From: a virus
Lineage: Duplodnaviria > Caudoviricetes
Length of the DNA stretch: 25,771 nucleotides
IMG/VR virus record: IMGVR_UViG_3300032233_001013
Location: 1 to 25,771 of that record
Reading direction: 5' to 3' (one strand)
Below are positions 1-7,840 of this stretch, one piece after another. The notes under the pieces were generated by a model. It saw only the letters and a program-made list of their open reading frames with translations. It ran no database searches and was not told where the DNA came from. A program made the position numbers and the translations under genes. Each line of letters opens with the position of its first letter. Position 1 is the first letter of the stretch.

Positions 1-299
1 AGCAACTTCAGACCGTCAACATAGGTCTGTATCCAGTCTCTACGATCTCCGATATCTTTGTCAAAATCTTCAACCAACTCAGCGCCAAGTGTGCCCAGTA
101 CGCCGTCGTCCATCAACTCAGCCAAGTTGGCATCAAACTCTTCGCCAGTACCTTCGCCTTTTACGATGTCAATCTCCATCCCGCCAATCCCTATATGGAC
201 TGCCTCCGGGTCTTCGATCTCAATCTCAATTTCTGGTGCGTCGTTGTCGATCTGGTCAAGGCCCTCGGGAGCAGCGTATAAACTTTTATTGATTGCCAT
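1..299 (-). CDS. Portal protein, N-terminal part (runs off the left edge)
   Basis: Not in the ORF track. ATG at 299 with AAGGA upstream; open to the edge as MAINKSLYAAPEGLDQID...EEFDANLAELMDD...DRRDWIQTYVDGLKLL. Portal call rests on the position right after terL and resemblance to N-termini of portals in similar phages. Confidence 0.7.
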   Translation of the reverse strand, partial: MAINKSLYAAPEGLDQIDNDAPEIEIEIEDPEAVHIGIGGMEIDIVKGEGTGEEFDANLAELMDDGVLGTLGAELVEDFDKDIGDRRDWIQTYVDGLKL

Positions 300-315
300 G
301 TTCGTTCCTTAGTAT

Positions 316-1842
316 TTAGACCGTGTAAAACTTCTCGCGGCGCGAGCTTTTGAACCACTTAATTTCTTCTGGCTCATCGCTAGGCAAGCGAAGAAAGCCA
401 CCCTGACGAAATCTCATCAGTGCAAGTGTTGTTGCGTCAACCAAGTCATCGTGCTCGCCCGACGGAAACGCAGCTATCTCATCCACGAGTTCTTCTGCCC
501 AACGTGTACGAGGCACCCACACTTTGCCAGACGCAATTATGTCCGAGACTGAGTTCAACCGGGCAATCTTGTCCTGCCCTTTACTGGGTGTGTACTCCAT
601 CACGGGTATGCCCATCGCACGCAACTCATAGATCAGGGGTGCACCCGTGGCCTTCTTCTCAATGAGCAGTCCATCCGGTTCAAACTCGGTGTACTCCTTG
701 AGCACATCACGCTTTAAGTCCACCCACTCGACACGTTTCTTATACGTGTTCAAAAGGATGATGTTTTTCGACATGTCCCGCTCGTCCGTGAATATGCCCC
801 ACGTCGTCCCAGCGGAATAGTCGGCCCGTTGGTGTTTCTCAAACGCCGTGTCCCATGTCTGGAGGATGTACTCGCATAGAGGTGGATCATCTTTCTCCCA
901 CCACTGCCACCAATCTCGCTTGACGATGGCTGACTCGTTACCCACCGGGTTCTGCTGGTACTGGGCTTGCCACTTGGAGTTCGGGAGTTCTTCTTGCAGC
1001 GCGGACAACTCTTCCAAAGACCAGAACTCTGGCCAGAGCGGGTTGCCGCTGGGGAGAATCGCGGGGAACTCAATGACCTCCCACTCCTCGCCCGTTCTCT
1101 GGGCAGCAGACTTGAGCACTTGGCCAGTCAAATCCCGCTGGGCCCAGCGCGTCATCACGATCACAATCGCCCCGCCCGGCTGAAGACGCTGACGTGGACC
1201 TGACGTGTACCACTCGTATACCTTGTCGTAGATTTCCGGGTTGGTAGCAGCCATCGCCGCCTCTTGTTCAGAGTGCGGATCGTCAATAATCAGTAGGTCA
1301 GCGCCCTTACCTGTAACAGCACCACCCACACCAATAGCGAAATAGTCTCCGCCCTTGGAGGTGTTCCACCGGCCAGCCGCTTTTGAGTCGCTCTGAAGAG
1401 CCAATCCGGGAAAAACTTCATGATAAGCCTCCGTATCCACAAGATTTCGCACTTTTCGACCAAAACCCACCGCTAACTCGGCTGTATGGGAGGTCTGAAT
1501 GACCTTTTTGCCCGGATTTTTGCCCAAAAACCACGCTGGCAGCAAATATGAGGCGAATTCTGACTTGGTATGCCGGGGCGGCATGTTGATGATGAGCCGT
1601 TTGCACGTCCCGTTGGCCACCCGCTCGAACGCTTCGGCCATTCTCTTGTGGTGACGCCCGGAAATGAAGCTCGGCCACATCTTTTCGACGAACTTGATGA
1701 ACTTCTCGTGCATCAACTCGTGACCTTTTAGCTCTTCTAGCTTGGCAAGCTGCGCATCCAACACCCGCTGATCCGACTCCGACAGGTTCGGAAGGATTTT
1801 TAGCACGTCCGCGAGGGACATAGTGGGTGTGGTTGCCGCCAT
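316..1842 (-). CDS. terL: Terminase large subunit
   Basis: 508 aa; ATPase motifs RLIINMPPRHTKSE and LLIIDDPH, coupling motif VMTRW; C-terminal nuclease with QTWDTA and HDDLVDA. Confidence 0.95.
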   Translation of the reverse strand: MAATTPTMSLADVLKILPNLSESDQRVLDAQLAKLEELKGHELMHEKFIKFVEKMWPSFISGRHHKRMAEAFERVANGTCKRLIINMPPRHTKSEFASYLLPAWFLGKNPGKKVIQTSHTAELAVGFGRKVRNLVDTEAYHEVFPGLALQSDSKAAGRWNTSKGGDYFAIGVGGAVTGKGADLLIIDDPHSEQEAAMAATNPEIYDKVYEWYTSGPRQRLQPGGAIVIVMTRWAQRDLTGQVLKSAAQRTGEEWEVIEFPAILPSGNPLWPEFWSLEELSALQEELPNSKWQAQYQQNPVGNESAIVKRDWWQWWEKDDPPLCEYILQTWDTAFEKHQRADYSAGTTWGIFTDERDMSKNIILLNTYKKRVEWVDLKRDVLKEYTEFEPDGLLIEKKATGAPLIYELRAMGIPVMEYTPSKGQDKIARLNSVSDIIASGKVWVPRTRWAEELVDEIAAFPSGEHDDLVDATTLALMRFRQGGFLRLPSDEPEEIKWFKSSRREKFYTV

Positions 1843-1856
1843 CTATTGTTATTTTG

Positions 1857-2507
1857 TTATGCGTTTTTCGGATGAGCTAGCTCATCGTCTGGATATTCTT
1901 GCGTATCTGTAGCTTCTGGGTCGTTAGTGTTACGGATTGTCTCTGTAAAGGTTCCCTCTACTACGGCCCCCAGATGCTCATCCAAATCATCGAACGGAGT
2001 CACTTCGCTGATCTCCGAATTCATCAAACGCTTGACGCGCTCCTTAATAGAGTTCTCAAGCGAACTAGAAGAAGTGTGGTGCACGGTGATTTCTGAGCGC
2101 TCGGTGAAGAGTCCGATGTCGCTGTGTTTGCCAAGCAGTTCCAACGCCTTGAGTTCCAACTTCGGGTCTCCGCAGTCGGCCATCGCAATGAGCTTGTTTG
2201 TTACGAAGTTCCGCGCCTGCTGTACATCCGCAAATGCTTGGAAGTCGTGTTCTTTGATTGCTACCGACAGAACTTTGGCTACCCCTGTCTTAGAGATAGT
2301 AGTCGGGGTGTTTGGTTTTACTTTCCCTGTAGCTAGCGCAGCGGCAGCTTGGAAATCTCTTGCGTCGAAGTCTAGGCTTGCGCCCAGCTTTTCAACTAGG
2401 TCTACTGTGTTTGCAGCAATGGCGACGCTATCTGCATGAGTTCTGGGTTGCTCATCAGACAGGTCAAAGGGCAGAGGCTTGTCCGCGCTAGGCTGAAGTT
2501 CAATCAT
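1857..2507 (-). CDS. Probable terminase small subunit
   Basis: 216 aa directly upstream of terL on the same strand; helical LKALELLGKH segment typical of phage TerS-like proteins. Call is partly positional. Confidence 0.6.
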   Translation of the reverse strand: MIELQPSADKPLPFDLSDEQPRTHADSVAIAANTVDLVEKLGASLDFDARDFQAAAALATGKVKPNTPTTISKTGVAKVLSVAIKEHDFQAFADVQQARNFVTNKLIAMADCGDPKLELKALELLGKHSDIGLFTERSEITVHHTSSSSLENSIKERVKRLMNSEISEVTPFDDLDEHLGAVVEGTFTETIRNTNDPEATDTQEYPDDELAHPKNA

Positions 2508-2542
2508 AGATTACGGGCACTTCAAAAGAAGGAATGGCCGAA

Positions 2543-3037
2543 CTATATCAGAACTTTCTTTCTTTTGTTAGCTGCTTGTTCTTTTGAAGTAGCCCAACGG
2601 CAATTTTCTAAGAAGTATCCTTTGTAGTTGTCAATCCGGTCAATTGAACGGTCTGCGGGTCTCGGCCCCATATCTGTATAGAAGCAAGCCCAACCAGATT
2701 CGCCATTTTCACCGTGCAACCAACGGTCGCACACTGTTATGCCCCTCGCGCCATACCTGCAATAGCCCGGGGACTTTGGGTTTGTGCATCGGGCAATCAT
2801 GGCGTACCAAGATTTTTTTGTGTAAGGCTTGCGTTCTTTTTCCGCTGTGCTGACAAGCGCTCTACGAAACTCTGCTTGGTAGCACCCGCAAGATTGAGTG
2901 TTCCCATTTTTTAACTTGTCGCCAAGCACCACCTTCTCGTTACCGCAATCGCAGAGGCAGCGCCACCTTTTGTTATGGTTTTGATCTCTGGAGAAAAGAG
3001 ACTTTACCGTCAACCGACCAAAACGTTGTTCTTCCAT
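2543..3037 (-). CDS. HNH-type (homing) endonuclease
   Basis: Start reassigned to ATG 3037 (AAGGAG upstream). Motifs FGRLTV, WRCLCDCG, SCGC, YGARGITVCDRW, SIDRIDNYKGY..ENCRWAT..EQAAN. Confidence 0.85.
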   Translation of the reverse strand: MEEQRFGRLTVKSLFSRDQNHNKRWRCLCDCGNEKVVLGDKLKNGNTQSCGCYQAEFRRALVSTAEKERKPYTKKSWYAMIARCTNPKSPGYCRYGARGITVCDRWLHGENGESGWACFYTDMGPRPADRSIDRIDNYKGYFLENCRWATSKEQAANKRKKVLI

Positions 3038-3052
3038 GTTTGCTCCTTGTAT

Positions 3053-3306
3053 GGGGTATGGTGGGGATTCTACCAAAAAAATATATACCCCCCGGGGGTG
3101 GACGAAATAAAACACAAGGGGGTGGGTCTGCTAAAGAAGCTGTAAATAACTTTGTATTACAAAATACATAGGGGGTGGGGGGATTGAAATAAACGCATTT
3201 CAATCCTGTTTTTTAAAAATGAATATCGTTTGTGCGGAACCCAGTGTATGGGTCCCCGGGACTCCTTTTTTAATTTTGGGTGGGGCGGGTGGTGGTGGGT
3301 ATCGGG
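3053..3306. other. G-tract-rich divergent intergenic region; candidate packaging/terminus region with a G-quadruplex motif at 3278-3299
   Basis: Runs such as CCCCCGGGGG, GGGGGTGGGGGG and GGGTGGGGCGGGTGGTGGTGGG alternate with A/T tracts upstream of the packaging genes. Confidence 0.45.
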
Positions 3307-3368
3307 TTTTCTAACTTTTGTTAGGTATCGGCGGGTTAAATTGTATTTAATTATTGTCCCTGAAAAAC

Positions 3369-3397
3369 TTGTATTTCGTGATACATTATGATATAAT
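3369..3397 (+). promoter_or_regulatory. sigma70-type promoter with extended -10
   Basis: TTGTAT (3369-3374), 17 bp, TATAAT (3392-3397) preceded by TGn; A-tract upstream; first rightward gene starts at 3455. Confidence 0.8.
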
Positions 3398-3454
3398 GTA
3401 AGCATGCCAAGTAAGAATACTCTTACCGCATAGAACCTTGAAAGGGTTTGTATT

Positions 3455-3955
3455 ATGTCAGATATCAATATCACCACTCCGTCACTAACTCCAGTGGTTA
3501 ACCTCAGCGAAGCTCGCACTGCTCTGGTTAACGCGGTAATAAAAACCGGCGGTGTTATTCAGACTTACGCTAACGGGATATGCTCAGCTTTTAATCTGCT
3601 CGATAATCAGGGTAATGTAACTACACCTTGGTACGAATTGAAAGGCAAGCTGAAATCCGGTGTTAAGGATGAAAGGGCACTGTTTGTTATTGCTATGACC
3701 AATGTCGGTTTTGGCAAAGGCACAATCGATGTTTACTGGCAACGAGTGAAAGAGGCTTCGGGTTATGTTACCGCCGGAAACAGAGCCAAAGGTGGAACAG
3801 ACACCGATAGCAAAACAGTGGCCGAATTGAAAACCATTATCAACCGGATATACAAAGCCGAAGAGAATGGCGAGGAATGCGTAGCGAGTAACTTCAAAGG
3901 GCAACTGATGGAGATTTTCGAAGAGCTTGGCGGTGACATCGACAAGTTAGGTTAA
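3455..3955 (+). CDS. Hypothetical early protein, 166 aa
   Basis: ORF between a promoter and a GC-rich hairpin; no recognised motif. Confidence 0.8.
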   Translation: MSDINITTPSLTPVVNLSEARTALVNAVIKTGGVIQTYANGICSAFNLLDNQGNVTTPWYELKGKLKSGVKDERALFVIAMTNVGFGKGTIDVYWQRVKEASGYVTAGNRAKGGTDTDSKTVAELKTIINRIYKAEENGEECVASNFKGQLMEIFEELGGDIDKLG

Positions 3956-3961
3956 GCGAAT

Positions 3962-3988
3962 GGGGCAGGGTTTACCCTGCCCCTGTTT
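3962..3988 (+). terminator. Probable intrinsic terminator or stabilising hairpin
   Basis: GGGGCAGGG-TTTA-CCCTGCCCC followed by a weak T tail (TGTTT). Confidence 0.55.
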
Positions 3989-4018
3989 CTAACAAATGTT
4001 AGCTTTAAAGGGGAAACC

Positions 4019-4222
4019 ATGAAACCGTCATTTAAACACGATTGCACCGAATGTAAGTTTGTCGGCAAAATCTTCAGAGCCTGTAACCCAGAGGGCACTG
4101 AGAAAAAAGCCACTGATGTTTACGAATCGTGCGAAACCGGCGGGAGCAAGTACATTTTGCGGTGCTCAAGCAAGGGCAGTGATTACATCACCACAAACGA
4201 TTTTCTGGCTTACATGGCCTAA
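4019..4222 (+). CDS. Small Cys-rich hypothetical protein, 67 aa
   Basis: AAGGGG RBS; HDCTEC motif; followed by a terminator. Confidence 0.75.
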   Translation: MKPSFKHDCTECKFVGKIFRACNPEGTEKKATDVYESCETGGSKYILRCSSKGSDYITTNDFLAYMA

Positions 4223-4241
4223 CCCCTACGCTCCTAACCCT

Positions 4242-4267
4242 AAGCCCCGATTCATCGGGGCTTTTTT
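4242..4267 (+). terminator. Rho-independent terminator
   Basis: AAGCCCCGA-TTCA-TCGGGGCTT followed by TTTT. Confidence 0.85.
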
Positions 4268-4338
4268 GCGCCTGTACCTAACATTGTTAGGTGTGGGCTT
4301 TTTTGCGTCTCACAATGTGATGGCGCTTACCTGTTCGG

Positions 4339-4429
4339 CAATACCAGTTCTCCGAGCGGCGTCAGCGGCCATTTGTTCTATCAATAGAACATTTCCCAAT
4401 ACCAGTTCTCCGAGCGGCGTCAGCGGCCA
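4339..4429 (+). repeat. Perfect 33-bp direct repeat, two copies, flanking a 25-bp hairpin
   Basis: CAATACCAGTTCTCCGAGCGGCGTCAGCGGCCA at 4339-4371 and 4397-4429; spacer contains TGTTCTA-TCAA-TAGAACA. Confidence 0.9.
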
Positions 4430-4445
4430 ATCTAACAAATGTTAG

Positions 4446-4830
4446 AACAGCAGGGCTGTTACGGTTTTTGTTACGCTTTTTGGGCTGTTACAGTTTGACA
4501 ATGTAAAAACATAACACACTTTCTTCAATGAAATCAAGGACTTACGACACATTGTTATGTTGTTACGCTTTTTTCAATATTGAGTGTTGGGAATCCAGAG
4601 GACGAGCAAAGCGGCAAGTGCAATTCGCACCACAATTTGGGCAATTCGTAATACATCAAATTTTTACCCGCCGTATACTCTATTTTCATTTTTACATAAC
4701 TTTATAACTTAACCAAAAAAAATATCTTTTTCTTCAATAAAATCAACGCTCTTCAATGTTACATCTTCTGTTACAAACACCCCTTTTCGCATAACACAAT
4801 AACATAACACAGACCCCGAAACCATAACAA
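4446..4830. other. AT-rich non-coding region with iterated TGTTAC/CATAACA motifs; candidate replication origin
   Basis: TGTTAC at 4457, 4469, 4486, 4561, 4757, 4769; CATAACA at 4510, 4790, 4803, 4823; TTCTTCAATRAAATCAA at 4521 and 4730; IHF consensus match at 4532-4544. Confidence 0.5.
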
Positions 4831-4871
4831 ACCTTTGCCCAAACCCTTGGGTAAACACTCCGGCTAAAAAC

Positions 4872-4900
4872 TTGACAAGTCTATAACTTTGTGATATAAT
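4872..4900 (+). promoter_or_regulatory. Consensus sigma70 promoter
   Basis: TTGACA (4872-4877), 17 bp, TATAAT (4895-4900) with extended TGn. Confidence 0.92.
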
Positions 4901-4994
4901 ATAAGTTGGATGGGAAAAAAGCGGCTTCACCGCACCCGAATCCTCGAATCTAACAAAAGTTAGAAAACGGCAAGAAAACATCAAAGGGTACACA

Positions 4995-5165
4995 ATGTTA
5001 CGAGACTTTTCTCTAATCTTCATGGCAATCGCCGCCACCTCCGCAATCATCTTTGCATGGGACTCGGAATACGGCATCCCACTACGCCAGCTTGTACTGG
5101 TGCTCGGCGGCGTGTTCATGGGCCACATCATCACCGAAGTCCTGAATAGGGGAACCGACGAATGA
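4995..5165 (+). CDS. Small membrane protein, 56 aa, two hydrophobic segments
   Basis: Not in ORF track. MLRDFSLIFMAIAATSAIIFAWDSEYGIPLRQLVLVLGGVFMGHIITEVLNRGTDE; ATGA overlap with the next ORF. Confidence 0.7.
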   Translation: MLRDFSLIFMAIAATSAIIFAWDSEYGIPLRQLVLVLGGVFMGHIITEVLNRGTDE

Positions 5166-5284
5166 AACCGCAACACAACACCGAGCGCATGCCGCTACTA
5201 AACCCAGCCCAGCGCATTTTGTATTTCATCTATGCCGTCTGCCTAATCGTGGCCGGTCTGGATATTTGGGTATGGAGAACATGA
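5162..5284 (+). CDS. Small membrane peptide, 40 aa
   Basis: Not in ORF track. MKPQHNTERMPLLNPAQRILYFIYAVCLIVAGLDIWVWRT; ATGA overlaps at both ends. Confidence 0.65.
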   Translation: MKPQHNTERMPLLNPAQRILYFIYAVCLIVAGLDIWVWRT

Positions 5285-5511
5285 TGGGTAATCAATGGCG
5301 GGAATGTATCGACTGCGGCGACGAGTTTCCCGAGGAGCGCTGGGCGCTGGGTTATCGCTGCTGCCTATTCTGTGGCGAGGACAGAGCCAAAGCCGAGCGG
5401 GCCTCATGGTGCATCGTGCAGGAATACACCAAGGGTAACTACCAATTCGTAACAAGTACAGCGGCACACAAAACCCTGCTCGATACTAATCAGAAATCAA
5501 TTCGGTCGTAA
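5281..5511 (+). CDS. DksA/TraR-like C4 zinc-finger protein
   Basis: CIDCGDEFPEERWALGYRCCLFC resembles the CxxCGxxIPxxR...CxxC finger; start at the ATGA overlap with GGAG upstream. Confidence 0.7.
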   Translation: MMGNQWRECIDCGDEFPEERWALGYRCCLFCGEDRAKAERASWCIVQEYTKGNYQFVTSTAAHKTLLDTNQKSIRS

Positions 5512-5559
5512 AAATACAGCAACCCAATAACCTAACAAAAGTTAGAGAAGGAACAAGAG

Positions 5560-5736
5560 ATGAAAACCTATGAAGTCGAAATGAAGCGAACAAGTTATGT
5601 GGTAATCACAGTCGATGCTAATTCTAAAGAAGAAGCAGAGCAGCTTGCTTGGACAGAGATTCAAGAAAACCCCGACTACATGAGCAACTACGCCGATTGG
5701 GAAGTTGAGTCGATAGGCTTGGAGGATTTTAAATGA
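5560..5736 (+). CDS. Small acidic hypothetical protein, 58 aa
   Basis: Not in ORF track. AAGGA RBS; MKTYEVEMKRTSYVVITVDANSKEEAEQLAW..., a pattern common in small phage early proteins. Confidence 0.75.
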   Translation: MKTYEVEMKRTSYVVITVDANSKEEAEQLAWTEIQENPDYMSNYADWEVESIGLEDFK

Positions 5737-5912
5737 TTGAGTTTACAGTTTTGGAATTAACGCTCACGGTGCTGTGCATTGGCCTGTTTATCTACGGCAT
5801 GCACTACCGCACTAAAACGAGGGCGATGTGCCACTTAGTCGATGCCATGTGCAAAGACGAGGGGATATTCAGGGAGATTAAACGAGCCGTACTCGCACGG
5901 GAGGAAGCATGA
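5733..5912 (+). CDS. Small protein with N-terminal membrane anchor, 59 aa
   Basis: Not in ORF track. GGAGG RBS; MIEFTVLELTLTVLCIGLFIYGMHY...; ATGA overlaps at both ends. Confidence 0.7.
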   Translation: MIEFTVLELTLTVLCIGLFIYGMHYRTKTRAMCHLVDAMCKDEGIFREIKRAVLAREEA

Positions 5913-6229
5913 CCGACACAAAAAAGATAGCCGCTTTTCTGCTGTACATGGCAGAGCACGAGCGCCCGACAGTTAACCGAATGCTGGGTTTGCGGGTATT
6001 TGCCGACTTGGTATCGCTTGCGAAGCATGAGTTTGCCACCATGAGCGTGGAGGAGCGGGACAAGTTTAAGAAGCCCGAGTACACCATGAACGAAGCCGAG
6101 ATATATATCGAGGAGAGATTGAAGCACATGCGAGAAGCGTTTGACAAAGCATTGGAGGAAGCCGAGTACCAAGCAGATTATTACGAGCGGAGATTCAACG
6201 CAGTTCGAGAAGCCGTAGAGAAAGCCTAA
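5909..6229 (+). CDS. Hypothetical protein, 106 aa
   Basis: GGAGG RBS; stop TAA lies inside the palindrome at 6226. Confidence 0.8.
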   Translation: MTDTKKIAAFLLYMAEHERPTVNRMLGLRVFADLVSLAKHEFATMSVEERDKFKKPEYTMNEAEIYIEERLKHMREAFDKALEEAEYQADYYERRFNAVREAVEKA

Positions 6230-6254
6230 CAAATGTTAGAGAAGGAGTAATGAT

Positions 6255-6494
6255 ATGAAAGTCTATGCGCTGGTTGGGTGGAATCCCAGACTAAAACGCT
6301 GGGACACCGAGCCGATTGAGGCAAGGAGCAAAGGGACAGCCAAGGCGAAGTTTGTGCTCAGATACCCACACCTCAAGAAAATCAAAGTGCATGAGCTTGC
6401 ACCTGCGGCAGTCCCAAGCGCAGAGGCATGGGCGAAACACAAAGCCGCCGAGTACGACCATGTACGCAGATTGGAGGAAGTCGATGCCGGTTAA
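6255..6494 (+). CDS. Hypothetical protein, 79 aa
   Basis: AAGGAG RBS directly after the palindrome. Confidence 0.75.
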   Translation: MKVYALVGWNPRLKRWDTEPIEARSKGTAKAKFVLRYPHLKKIKVHELAPAAVPSAEAWAKHKAAEYDHVRRLEEVDAG

Positions 6495-6699
6495 ACACAG
6501 AGACATGGTCAAGGAGGACGGCGTCTGGGTCGATAGGGAATGGGTCTTGTGCCGAGCCACTTTGTACAACGAGATTATTGTTATAACAAAGCGGGACTAC
6601 GACCTCTGGACATCGTTCCATGTAGACAAGTATGAGTACATAGCCGAGGGCCGACGCAATTTGTTACACCAATTTCAGAAACTGATGAGGGGTAGGTAA
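6484..6699 (+). CDS. Hypothetical protein, 71 aa
   Basis: Start reassigned to ATG 6484 (GGAGG upstream); stop TAA lies inside the palindrome at 6696. Confidence 0.7.
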   Translation: MPVKHRDMVKEDGVWVDREWVLCRATLYNEIIVITKRDYDLWTSFHVDKYEYIAEGRRNLLHQFQKLMRGR

Positions 6700-6784
6700 C
6701 AAATGTTAGAAACGAAGAGTGAGCCCCAAGCAGCCACGCTGCGGGGTATTGTGAAAGTCTGCGTAAGCAGGGAAAGGAAATGAC

Positions 6785-7804
6785 ATGGGATACGCAACGA
6801 TAACGAATGTGCCGTGCATATACAACTACGAGCAAGCACTGAAGAAATGGCAGAGCACCAAGCCGATACGAGGGCGTGAGCCTGAGATTAGGCCACTAGG
6901 TGAGCGGCGAGACTGCGACACTTACAGCATACGCAAGAATGTATGGACCGATGTAATCGAATTGGTGCTGTACAAAACTCCGGTGGTCAAGTTCACACCC
7001 GACAACGAGGTCATCCTCAACTTTGGCCCGTGGTCTAGCTCATCGACATGCCAATTTATCAGTGGGGTGCTTCAGTCCGTCCGTACTCGCCGACAGCAAG
7101 GCGCGGTGGTGCTGGAGTTTAGGGACGGCTCGAAGGCGATGCTCGGGCAGAACGAGGAGCTAGTGTTGGTGGCTGACTCGCATGGGTGCTGGACACCGAG
7201 GGCCAAGCAGACGCTCTACGACTACCGAGTCAACCGCAAGGAAGCTAACAATGTTAGGAGGCTGGTCTCACAATTCCACGACTACATGTCAGGAATGGTA
7301 AAGCTCAGAGCCGAGCCGGTTCAAGGCTACTACGGGACAATAAGCCACAGAGCAGTGCATACGACCTATGCCGACTTGTCTGCGGTGTTTGGCGAGATAA
7401 AGCAGACTGGTGGTAGTGAGTATCTACGGCCTAATGTGGACGAGTGGATTGGTCTGGCCGAGAAGCCCAAGCACTGGCGACCAGAACAAAAGGTTGAGGA
7501 GTGGGCAGAGTATCGGGAGCGTGCGCAGAAGTTCTTCGACCTAGTGAGGAATGACCAAGACGACAACGCACGCCACCAGAACTATTGGATTGCGTTCAAC
7601 ATCCTGTTCGTGCAGGAGGCCACCATGTACTGGCGAGCTAGCTCGGATACGAAGGTATCTGTAAACATAGCGCAGTTCGAGCGGTATCTGTACAAGACTC
7701 TGTTCACCATGTTCGCCGACAAGGTATTCACCAAGGTTGCGCTCGCCGAGGGGAAAGTGCCGAGCGGTAGGTACGACGACTATGTATTGACTGAGGAGTC
7801 CTAA
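6785..7804 (+). CDS. Hypothetical protein, 339 aa
   Basis: AAGGA RBS; long ORF; stop TAA lies inside the palindrome at 7801. Confidence 0.85.
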   Translation: MGYATITNVPCIYNYEQALKKWQSTKPIRGREPEIRPLGERRDCDTYSIRKNVWTDVIELVLYKTPVVKFTPDNEVILNFGPWSSSSTCQFISGVLQSVRTRRQQGAVVLEFRDGSKAMLGQNEELVLVADSHGCWTPRAKQTLYDYRVNRKEANNVRRLVSQFHDYMSGMVKLRAEPVQGYYGTISHRAVHTTYADLSAVFGEIKQTGGSEYLRPNVDEWIGLAEKPKHWRPEQKVEEWAEYRERAQKFFDLVRNDQDDNARHQNYWIAFNILFVQEATMYWRASSDTKVSVNIAQFERYLYKTLFTMFADKVFTKVALAEGKVPSGRYDDYVLTEES

Positions 7805-7840
7805 CATTGTTAGGACACAGGGATGAACACGCCTAAAAAC

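Noticed and set aside
58-312. Plus-strand Ser/Pro-rich ORFs
   Set aside because: Shadow of the minus-strand portal gene.
3157-3519. 120-aa minus-strand ORF
   Set aside because: Spans the promoter and G tracts, overlaps the 3455 gene, and has no coding support.
4339-4429. CRISPR mini-array
   Set aside because: Only two repeats, the 25-bp spacer is itself a hairpin, and there is no cas operon; the Cas4-like nuclease belongs to the replication module. Kept only as a direct repeat.
4059-4445. 128-aa plus-strand ORF
   Set aside because: Overlaps the 4019-4222 gene and runs through a terminator and repeats.
4709-5176. 155-aa minus-strand ORF
   Set aside because: Crosses a consensus promoter, the repeat block and a coupled plus-strand gene.
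6682-6713. Hammerhead ribozyme (CTGATGA...GAAAC)
   Set aside because: Stem II cannot close between the core segments and no matching stems I/III with a cleavage triplet were found.
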